The notes under the pieces: generated by a model | The model's input: only the letters and a program-made list of their open reading frames with translations | Told to the model about the DNA's origin: nothing | The model's database searches: none | Shown here: in pieces, positions 30,415-41,514 of the stretch | Layout of the letters: the number at the start of each line of letters is the position of its first letter | Numbering within the stretch: position 1 is the first letter of the stretch | Assembly (NCBI GenBank): GCA_964016885.1 | Contig: OZ024743.1 | Span: forward strand, 241,056,001-241,120,000 | From: Eledone cirrhosa | Taxonomy: Eukaryota | Direction of reading: 5' to 3' | Length of the DNA: 64,000 nucleotides | Position numbers and translations under genes: made by a program

Positions 30415-31608
30415 ATACACACACACACACATAACACCTTCTACTTTAGAAAATAAAAACCAGAACTAAATAAACCTTAACATACGTTAATACTCTAACA
30501 CCTTAACATGCTAACCACACACCCCACACACACATAACTGCCTCCCCCATTTCTACTAACGGAATCATTTTCCTACACACACACACACACACACAGAATA
30601 TATATATATTCTCTCCATCTTAACATGCTAACCATACTCCCACACACACACATATACACACAACTCCCTCTCCCACTTCTACTAATAGAATCATTCCCCT
30701 CCCCCAACACACACACAAAATATATATATTCTCTCCATCTTAACATGCTAACCATACTCCCACACACACATAGACACACACACATAACACCCATACACAC
30801 AGAACTCCCTTCCCCATTTCCACTAATAGGGTCATCTTCCTACACACACACACCCACACACACACACACACACACGCAAGCAAACAAATAAAAATACATA
30901 TCTCTACTTTCTTTATTTCCATAGAAAGTCTGAATTCTGACATCCCAGCGCACAAGCCATCACTGAACCAGAACAATTCTCCCCATCCCATTTTTCTTGA
31001 CCTTTATATTTTGTTTGGCACAAAATTCTCTAAAAGGACACAGAATAAATTCCAAATTACGGGCGCGAAATTTAATGTACTTGTTCGCGTGACAATCATA
31101 ATTTCATTTATAACCAATCAAATTACATTTATAAAAAAAAGCCTTCGTGAGCCACCTTTTTTAAAGTAAAATAAATTCAAACACAAACTGGCGCGATAGG
31201 TGATGTGCTTATTCACGTGACTGCATCAACCAACCAAACTTCACTCATATATGAACAACAACTCCCCTTTGTTTGAAGAACTTTGTAACGCGAAATGGCT
31301 CGTAATTGATTATACTTATTCACCAACCAACCAAATTACTTCTCTAAAAACCTGGCATCTCGAGCCACTTTTTTCCATATAAAACAGAAGTAACATTCAA
31401 AGACCAACCAGAAAAACCACAGACCCCCCATCTTAATTCTACTTTTGAAAAGCAGAAGAACTGCGAAACCGGTAAAGGAACCAAATAAATATATATTTAA
31501 AAAAAAAAGACTCCAGTCGCATTTTCGATTTCATCTTTTTTTCTCATACGTTCACTCGTGTAGGACACCTCGTTTATTTTTCATTTTGTAAAAAATACCT
31601 CACTTTCT

Positions 31609-31612
<4 letters not shown>
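30415..31612 (+). mobile_element. Inverted copy of the PLE1 3' UTR/pLTR
   Basis: Reverse complement of about 25300-26745, without the nested SINE and internal duplication; ends CTCACTTTCTAAAA followed by (TA)n. Confidence 0.9.
31439..31480 (+). ncRNA. Minimal type-I hammerhead motif, U3-A8 variant
   Basis: CTT-TTGAAAA-GCAG aagaa CTGC-GAAA-CCGG-TA-AAG: stem II GCAG/CTGC, palindromic stem III ACCGGT, GUA triplet, short stem I CTT/AAG. Confidence 0.6.
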
Positions 31613-31661
<49 letters not shown>

Positions 31662-33341
31662 ATAATAATAGTAATAATAATAGTAATAATAATATATTTG
31701 AAGACTAAAATCTAAAGAGGGATAAATATATATCAAATATATAAGAACCGTAGAGCAAATATTTATTAAAATAACAGATTAAAGTTTAACCAAAGAATCG
31801 CTGCTTTCACTCGTAACGGGATCTTCTGAAACTAACAAAGTCAATCTGTGAACGTAGAAGTGAATATTTCAAAAAACGTTGCAACCGGAGGAAGACAGGA
31901 AGACGATATGTTGGTTTGTGGAAGCGTTCCCTGGCAAAGTACGGGGAAAAATGAATATAATACGTCATTATTTGGAGCGGTGAAAAACAATTACACGCAA
32001 AGACAACGTTTATGGTATAAAAGAAGCCGTAGACTAATATTCTCTTAGGTGGTTCATAGAGACTTTCTCTGGCAATGAACGGAAAAAACGAAGATAATAC
32101 GTCATATGTGGTGCGAGAGAACAATTGCATGCAAAGACAAAACCACGTAAATGATATAACTGAAGTCGTAGACTAAAATTCTAACTACGAAACCGAATGA
32201 TTCTCGGCTTCAGAGTTAAGAATAAAGTAAATAAAATACAGAAGTAATTGAAATTAAATAAATACATACACGCATCCATAAACGTACATACACAAGCATA
32301 CGCGAAAACACTCGCCATGGGTATACAAATACACGCATACACAAAAATAAAAAAAACCCCCAAAAAACCCGCACGCACATACAGAACCCACGCAACGCCT
32401 GTACCCGCAGGCATACGAATGTATACACCAAATACACATAAAAATATATATTAAAAAAAAATATATATATATATGTGTGTATGTGTGCGTGTATACATAT
32501 AATTAAATAAACGTATATAAATAAATAAATACGTATATAACAAGCGCACACACATACCTACATGTAAATACACACATGTTCGGAGACGTACGTCAACCAA
32601 AACACAAGGTACACATATACACACACCCTACATACGTACGAACCCGCATACTCACACAAACGCAAAACTCACGTATACACATAACCAAAAGCATATGTAC
32701 CGGAATATATAATATATACGCCATAACATATACAATCAAATATAAGTACAAGAAAGTATACATACCTACACAAAACATACAGGTAATAAATACTAACCTA
32801 TACAAATAAGTAATGGTATAAATATAACATATACTTAGCTACCACATCAAGACGTAAAATATCCGTGTATAGTTCGTACTATCCGTTAGGGTATAATGTG
32901 GGGCTGTAATACAGGAATGTTTTGTGCAATTTATGTTTACAAGCCGAAATTGCCTCAGATTTTTTGTTTAAGATGTGGTCTTTGGCGTAGAGTATTTCCA
33001 GGGCCTCAGCGGCGCAGAGGTCACGTGGTCTTTTATTTCCGTTATACGATTTAGCCCTAGCTAGGATCTAGAGAAACAATTGTCAGCAATGTGAATAAAG
33101 CCCTTATTGTATCGCTAACCATGTCACTCTATGTCACTAATATATATAGAAGCCATGCCTGTGTATTTCCTTCATTCTCGCATACTCTGATGAATAGACT
33201 GGTTATAACAAAGTATTGGTAATCGATTGACGCAAAAACAGGCGGGTAGCGGTCTCTAGACCTACCAGCTCAGAGAAACAATTGTCAGCAATGTGAATAA
33301 AGCCACTATAGTATAGCAAACCATCTCACTCTTCTTTCTTG

Positions 33342-33403
<62 letters not shown>

Positions 33404-33819
33404 CATATTTTTAATTCTACAACTGCATTGATATAGTCTTTAGCTTTCCCTTCTAGATACTGAAAATATCAGCCAAATTACTTTTGAATCATACAATACA
33501 TTTGAAAAAAGATAAACAAAAACCATTTATATAAAGTAGTTCTGTATACTCCTAAAAAGACGGGTTAGTGATGGCTGGAATGTGATTGATCATAAGTCTT
33601 TCCCCGGGCTTAAATAATATTAGTTACTACAATTACTGCCACACTAAACTCATAAACCAGCGAAGAGGCATCTACTCAATCACTCGATCTACCAGAAATA
33701 CCAGCTAAACAGTATTTGAAAGGGAAGGACATATTGAACAATGTGATTCTAAATGTGCAGCGTCTGAAAATAAGAAAGAAAAAGAAATGAAAAGAATAGG
33801 ATGATAATGTTTAGAAATT

Positions 33820-34870
33820 TGTTTAGTCTAAGGGCTGCTTGATCATATAGGTGATTGTAGCGAAAGTTTTATTCCTAGGACTACCTAATCATATAGGTGT
33901 TTTAGTGGCACTTTTAGCTCTAGGGTTTCATGATAATATAGGAGATTGTAACACACTTTTAAACCTAGGGCTGCCCAATCATAGAGGTGATTTAGTGACG
34001 CCTTTAGCCCCAGTCTACTTGATATTATAGATGATTGTAACGAAACCGTTAGCCCATGTATGCCTGATTTTATAAGTACCTGTAACGAAACCTTTAGCCC
34101 TAGATCTGCGTGATTATGTAGGTGATTGGTGCGAAACATTTCGTCCTAGGTCTGCCTGATCATATAGATGATAGTAGCGACAGATTTAGCCCATGGTTTG
34201 CCTGATCATATAGATGATAGTAGCGACAGATTTAGCCCAAGGTTTGCCTGATCAAATAGTTGACTGTAACGACAAATTTAGCCCAAGGTTTGCCTGATCA
34301 AATAGTTGACTGTGACGACATATTTAGCCCAAGGTTTGCCTGATCAAATAGTTGACTGTAACCACATATTTAGCTCAAGGTTTGCCTGATCAAATAGTTG
34401 ACTGTAACGACATATTTAGCCCAAGGTTTGCCTGATCAAATAGTTGACTGTAACGACATATTTAGCTCAAGGTTTGCCTGATCAAATAGTTGACTGTAAC
34501 GACATATTTAGCTCAAGGTTTGCCTGATCAAATAGTTGACTGTAACGACATATTTAGCCCAAGGTTTGTCTGATCAAATAGTTGACTGTAACGACATATT
34601 TAGCCCAAGGTTTGCCTGATCAAATAGTTGACTGTAACGACATATTTAGCTCAAGGTTTGCCTGATCAAATAGTTGACTGTAACGACATATTTAGCTCAA
34701 GGTTTGCTTAAAAACAGAGATGATCGTATCGAAACTTTCATCCATAGGTCTGCTTGATCATATATGTGATTTAGAGAAACGTTTAGCCCCAGGTCTACCT
34801 TATAATATAACTGATTGTAAGGAACGTTTTAGCTCTAGGTCTGCCTGTCATATATGTGATTGCAGCGAAA
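33820..34870. repeat. 46-bp minisatellite with a homogeneous core (34180-34706) and diverged flanks
   Basis: Unit GACATATTTAGCCCAAGGTTTGCCTGATCAAATAGTTGACTGTAAC; period 46 (34271 and 34317). Confidence 0.93.
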
Positions 34871-35156
34871 TTTTATAATGATATCGAGTCCAGGTGATGG
34901 TCTCCACCGGCCACTATTACACACTTAATTAGACCAGTGATATTTCGACTCCGTTTTTAAAGTGGTTTCTATCATTTGATAGTGGCGCTAGATTGTGAAG
35001 GGTGGGGAGGGCGTGCTTCGGGAGATGGATTATGATTTAATGTATCCTATTGTAATAAGAATAATTCATATTAAATACGAGTCATCATCTTTCTTTAGAA
35101 GGAGCGGTATCTTTAAATCCATTGCGTTGTTTAGTTTCATGATAACAACAACTCCT

Positions 35157-35320
<164 letters not shown>

Positions 35321-37031
35321 AACAACCTTAATGATAATCTTAATAATAGTCATGACGATGATGATGATAATGATAATGTTGATGATGGGAATAATTATTA
35401 TCATTATGGTTGCTATTCTGAATATTATTATTACTATGATTATTAATATCTGACTATTGTGTTTATGATGACTGTTGAGATTACAGTTATGATTATACAC
35501 TTACAATTATAGAGGTCATTCACTATGATTATGGCATGTGACAAGTAAGGCTGGTAGTTTTACAAACCGTACTGTATCGGCGTGCTCATTAGTTTGGCCA
35601 ATCTAGCCAATAATGCTGTTAAGGTAACCGCTTCTTCACTGTATTCATTCAAGTAATTCTATGAATTTATTACTAAAATCATTGCACTTAAAACTAAGCC
35701 CCTTGAAGGCAAGCTGACAGTTTAGTCTATAATTCTATTATCCGATATTTCTAGGGACACAATGTCGTTTAAACATCAACTTTCTATCTATAGTTTGCTT
35801 TGCTCTTTTGATATAAACACCATAAGCGATTGTGATAGTGGGGTGTTGGTGATGGTGGTGGTGCTCGTGGTGTTTGTAGTGGTGGGGGTGTTTGTAGTAG
35901 TGTGGGTGGGGGTGATGTTTGTAGTGGTGCTGTTGGTGGTGGTGGTGGTGGTTGTGTTTGATGCTATTCTTGGTGTTTGTAGTCATGGTAGTGGTGTTCG
36001 TGGCATTTTTAGTGATGATGGTAGTAGTACTGCTAGTATAATGGTTTACATTTTCCAATTAATCTCCTTCTACGCATCTACAATTTCTGGACTGCCATAA
36101 GTTAGAAATATTCACTAACTTTAAGCAGATAAAATATTACATCGCCCCATGGATAGGAGAGTAATCTATAAAATTTGGACTTTCTTGACGCAGTAATTGA
36201 ATGCAATTAGCCTCTGTAAACTGTTGTACATTAAATGGCAAAACAAATATCCAGACACAGAAGCTCAGCCAGCAGTATAAACTTCTGTCAGGACACACTG
36301 TGTTGCAAAAGAACCAAATTCTCTGAACAGGGCATGTACACAACTACTCTCCTATGGTGCATGTTTGTAACTTAAACAACCTTTGTATGATACATCCCTG
36401 CACCTAAACAACTCCTCTGTAGTAAACTTCCTACAGGGACGAGACAAGTGCGTGGTCGTAAATAACCTGACGGTAACCTTAAAATCCTTGACTATCGACA
36501 TAGAATCCTCAGAATATCTGGTCCAGAACTGGCCTCCATTGCTGAACTTCATCAACAAAGGTGGAAAATCCTTATATGAGTCACCTATTTAGAAAGTGAA
36601 AACCAAATTAAGCCGCCGATCACGTGTGTCCTACATGTGACCACGATTTCTGTGCCAGAGCATCACCAACCGTCTATTAGGTCATTAAACTTAATCATTC
36701 ACCTAGCCAGTTATAATCTTCATTGGTCACCACTGAGCAAACACACAATATATTTAAGCACTTTAAGCTATGGAAATCTTAATTTCACACAACCCACTTC
36801 TTTTCAGATCGGAATAGCCATTTCAATCTTGAGCCTACAAGGCGTAGCTGGTCCCTATGTAGTCACTTGAGCTGCTAGTAATTACTGACAAATCGTCCTC
36901 AAATCACACTTTACACTCTTTTATAAGGAAATTGAAACATTAGAAGCACAAGACAATATATTCAACCATGTACTTGATCATATGTCTTTAAAATCAGGAT
37001 TGAAATTGGCTAAACAAGGAAACTTCTACAT

Positions 37032-37174
37032 CAGACATGAGCAAATCTTGTCCAGCAGAGGGCCGCATAGAATGTGAATTATAAAACATTCAAGGCAATT
37101 TTGACATTAGGCGTGCCATTCAGAAAGACAAACGGGCCGGATGCGGCTCACCAGTTTCAGTTTGTCCATGAATG
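37032..37174. mobile_element. hAT-type MITE with 8-bp TSD
   Basis: Imperfect TIRs CAGACATGAGCAAA / TTTGTCCATGAATG, internal GGCCGCAT/ATGCGGC motifs, exact TSD TTCTACAT at 37024-37031 and 37175-37182. Confidence 0.8.
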
Positions 37175-37221
37175 TTCTACATTGTCGCTTGCCATTCTTG
37201 GAATCATGGGTAACCTGCGGC

Positions 37222-37510
37222 CAGTCATGGGTAACCTGCGGCCCGCAAAGTTTTCTGAATGGCTAGCCTAAGTTACCTAAGTGAAATCTTTCTGATTTTT
37301 TTACCCCAACTTTTCAGTCGTAATTTATTTTTCTATCATTTTTACGATCGAGGAAAACAATGAGTACGAATTCTAAAGAAATAAATCAAAACAACCTGAG
37401 TTACCGCCATTTTTTAATGTGGGCACGAATGTAAATTGACGCTTGCGGCTCGCCTGATAATGAACCATATCTCATGCGGCCCGCTTCTCGAAAAAGGTTG
37501 CGCATGCTTG
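37222..37510. mobile_element. hAT/Charlie-like MITE
   Basis: Ends CAGTCATGGGTAACCT...AGGTTGCGCATGCTTG; subterminal GCGGCCCGC motifs; 5' end locally duplicated at 37204; no clear TSD. Confidence 0.65.
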
Positions 37511-37878
37511 CTTTATACCTTCTGTCTTTAAAGAAATGAGAAGAGTACATTGAATAACAAAATTAATTCATACCATATGTCTAAAACAAATGGCTTAGTC
37601 ACGACTGTAATATTTTTTATCATACATCTGCAGGATGAGGGTTTACATGGTAACAATAACTATTTCTACATTTAGCTCAAAGCCAGCAATTTGAAATGAA
37701 GGAAGGAGTCGATTAAATCGACCCAGTGCCTTACTTATACTTTATTTTATCGACCACGAAGATTCCTGCAAAGCATAAAGCCCACAATACCAAGTTCAAT
37801 TGATTAACATCCCATACATTCTTCCATCTTAGTTATTTGTTGGAGATACGCAAAAGGAATAGACAAATGAATATGTAA

Positions 37879-38303
37879 ATATCAACTAGAAATTGATTCA
37901 CATATATATATATCTAAAATAAACACATGAAACAATAATAGGGGATAATTTGTAAACTGTGTAAGCACACACAGCTAGGTAGGTAACTAATTAAAGTTTA
38001 ACTAGAACTTCAAATATAGATACCTTTAAAAATGATTACTCTTCCTTGTATATATTTCATTAAAGAAATATATTTCACCATTAATCCGTAAACTCACAGT
38101 AGTCAAATCCTCGATTTCCAACAAGGGAGAAGATTTAACTATCTGTGTTTACATGTTAAAAGGTATCTATATTTGAAGTTCTAGTTAAACTTTAATTAGT
38201 TACCTACCTAGATGTGTGTGCTTACACACTGTACAAATTATCCCCTGTGATTGTTTCATGTGTTTATTTTAGATATATATGTCAATCAATTTCTAGTTGA
38301 TAT
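37879..38303. repeat. Inverted repeat, ~150-bp arms and ~120-bp spacer
   Basis: 37879-38030 is the reverse complement of 38156-38303 (e.g. TAGGTAGGTAACTAATTAAAGTTTAACTAGAACTTCAAATATAGATACCTTT). Confidence 0.9.
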
Positions 38304-38446
38304 AAAATGGTCGGATCTATTCATTGGAATCTTTGAGCTTATTCTACAGTGGATATGGCGCTTGTCTCGGACATGACACCCTTAATTTAATTTTGGATAT
38401 ATATGTAAATGAATAGAGAGTTTATGTCAGTGACCTTAACTCCAAG

Positions 38447-38505
<59 letters not shown>

Positions 38506-38602
38506 TTTACTCTTTTACCTGTTCCAGACATGCTGCTGAGGCCAGCATATATATATATGTATGTATACACACACACACACGCATACGCACACACACACAT
38601 AC

Positions 38603-38698
<96 letters not shown>

Positions 38699-38758
38699 AT
38701 ACATACATATATATATATATGCTGGCCTCAGCAGGATGGCTGGAAACGGTAAAAGAGT

Positions 38759-38835
<77 letters not shown>

Positions 38836-38842
38836 GTATATA

Positions 38843-40940
38843 TATTGTTATACTTGGGGAGGGTCATATTTGTGTAATATTGCCAGAATTAATAACAGAA
38901 CATACTCACTGTTTGGTTGGTTTTCGCTTCTCGCTTCTGTGTCTTTTATATTGGTAATCTAACTTACTCGGTCCTCAATGTTGCCATTGACTGACCGACG
39001 GTCAAAAATAATACAGATACAATATAGACACAAACACATATATATAGTTTATCATAAATCTTTCGTTGCACATCTGCAACATCGTCAGTGGTGTTATATT
39101 ATCCTCCTGTTGTATTGTATGTCTACGCCATTTTTATTCAGTCTGTCTATATATTTATTTATTTATTTACTTGTTTGTTTATTTTATTTTGTCTTCTTTG
39201 CGCATGCGTTTGCGTGTGTGTATAGTGTTATGTTTGCTGTGTGATGGGTGACTAGAGTGTGTTTATGTGCTTGTTGTTATTGTGCTTGTGTATGTATTTA
39301 TTTATTTATTTTATTTTATTTACTTATTTATACTTCTCTTAGGTCAGTGTTGTTTGTTTGGGTGTTGTTGTTATTCTATTCATTCTTTCTGTTTAGCCTT
39401 GGTCTTCTAATTTCTATTTCACTGGCCTCTCTGATTTGCCTATCTGCTGGGTCATTTCTATGTTTAGATATTATTCTAATTTCTATGTTGTCTATGTTAC
39501 CGTCATGTTGTTGTCTAGCATGTTCGTATAGTACTGACCCGTTTTTTCGTCCTTTTAGTTCCCTCCAGTATTGGTCTATCCTTTCACCTATGCTACGAGC
39601 TGTCTCACCTACGTATGTTGTTGTCATGTTTCTGCAGGTACCCTCTGTACATCTTATGCTATAGACTACGTTTCTAGTTTTACAGTTTATCCGGGGGTTC
39701 ACCTTACATATGATACATTTCCTATTGGTACAGTGGGTTTTCTTAAAAGGGTAGGTTTTGCTGATCAGGGATTTTATGGTGGTTCCTGGCTTTTCTACCA
39801 CCTTTATTTTTAAGTGGGTCTTTCTCAGGGCCTTTCTACACTGGTTAGCTAATTTCCCTCCAGGGGTACCGTCCACAAACATGACACTCTGGTATCTCTG
39901 GTTGTCGTACCATGAGGTGGCTTTCCCTATCTTATGTCTAGCCCTATCTAAACTATTCCATGATTTGCTCCTGTATAATGGGCAAATTCCTTTCATGTCC
40001 AGTTCTATGAGGGTCTTATACTTCTCCATGACTCCTTCGTATACTCTGATTCTGTCTCTTTGGTTGTAGCCAGAGAACTGCATGCGATTGATGAAGTGTT
40101 GGATGTGTCTTTCCATTTCTGTTGGGTCGCACATGCGGGACACATTCTTCATCACTCGTACCAAATCTGCGATCAGAATATTAAACTTAGCACTACTGGA
40201 CATTGCTGAGTTTTTGAGTATCAGGTATTTGGAGGCCATGGGTTTAGCATCGTGTGAGTGGAGAATTTGGGCTCTTTTGTCTATAGTGTTAATCCAGAGT
40301 TCTGTGTCTAACACAGGTAGTCTACTGTTAGGGTGTTTGGAAAGGAAGTCGATAGTTACAGTTATACTCTGGTGTATGGAATTAGCTATCTGCTGGATGC
40401 TTTCCATCGTGCTACGTTCTAATTCAAACTTGTTAGTGCTCTCTAGAGGGGGTGTTCTTATAACTATATTTTATCGTCTACATAACGAGAGTACATGATG
40501 AGGTCTATGGAGCTCTCATTAAGGAGATCTTTAAGTCTCCTTTCCCACCATACCATGAAAAGGTTGGCAACATCACCAGCTATGCTGACGCCGATGGCTG
40601 CTCCCTCATTTTGGGTGTAGATCTTCTCGTTAAACTTAAATATGTGGCCCTTTAGGGTAGTTTTGATACTAGCCCCTATTGCATGTGCGACCATTTTTCT
40701 TACCTGATCATTGTTTAGGGGGGTCCGTATAGCTTTGGTCCATCCAATTCACCTTCCCATGGGAGTCTTTTTTGCCATAGAGGTTATGGTGGGGGGGGGG
40801 TCTACCTCTTATAGGTCTAGTAGGGCAGAAACATCTAAGATCATGGCTGTCTAGGTAGTCAGTGTCGTAGGTAAGTCTAAGTAGGAGGTCCACCTCACTC
40901 TCAATGATCATCTCCACACATCTTTTCACAGCAAAATTTT
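38843..40940 (-). mobile_element. Penelope-like element PLE2, 5'-truncated within the RT
   Basis: RT, thumb and GIY-YIG remnants plus a 3' UTR with a hammerhead motif; ends in (TA)n. Confidence 0.88.
39376..40935 (-). pseudogene. PLE2 RT C-terminal part and GIY-YIG endonuclease
   Basis: IYTQNEGAAIG...ANLFM, SRYVDD, LPVLD, KPMAS, SGY, CTNRKCIIC..NC, NVVYSIRC...YVGETARSIGER, REASEI....LN. Confidence 0.9.
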
Positions 40941-41362
40941 GCAAACGCATGCGCAAAGAAGACAAAATAAAATAAAATAAACAAACAAGCAAATAAATAA
41001 ATAAATATATAGACAGACTGAATGAAAATGGCGTAGACATACAATACAACAGGAGGATAATATAACACAACTGACGATGTTGCAGATGTGCAACGAAAGA
41101 TTTATGATAAACTATATATATATGTGTTTGTGTCTATATTGTATCTGTATTATTTTTGACCGTCGGTCAATCAATGGCAACATTGAGGACCGAGTAAGTT
41201 AGATTACTGATATAAAAGACACAGAAGCGAGAAGCGAAAACCAACCAAACAGTGAGTGTGTTCTGTTATTAATTCTGGCAATATTACACAAATATGACCC
41301 TCCCCAAGTATAACAATATTTGTTTCGACACACGATTTCATATAAAAATCCTCGCAAAACTA
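40941..41362 (+). mobile_element. Inverted copy of the PLE2 3' UTR/pLTR
   Basis: Reverse complement of 38843-39213, plus about 45 extra terminal bases, then (TA)n. Confidence 0.9.
41062..41112 (+). ncRNA. Minimal hammerhead motif in the PLE2 pLTR (mirror copy at 39047-39097, minus strand)
   Basis: CTGACGA-T-GTTGCA gatg TGCAAC-GAAA-GATT-TA: perfect 6-bp stem II, one extra U after A9; stem I weak. Confidence 0.65.
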
Positions 41363-41479
41363 ATATATATATATATATATATGTAGTCTTGGAGTCAAGG
41401 TCACTGACATAAACTTTCTATTCATTTAACCGACCGAAACCGGAGAGATTTCCAGAGCCTTGTCTTTCTCTCTCTCTCT

Positions 41480-41510
<31 letters not shown>

Positions 41511-41514
<4 letters not shown>

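Noticed and set aside
31900-32185. Diverged ~140-bp direct repeat (also ~22-bp repeats at 23908-24020)
   Set aside because: Real but old and uninformative; no functional signal seen.
33820-34870. 46-bp units resemble tandem hammerheads (CTGATCA...CGAAA...TA)
   Set aside because: G8 is C without a compensating change, there is no stem II, and core units lack GAAA; better explained as a SINE-tail derivative.
36060-36860. Coding-like composition, possible exon or LINE relic (similarly 22930-23660 and 15400-15640)
   Set aside because: No recognisable motif or sustained frame; would need BLASTX.
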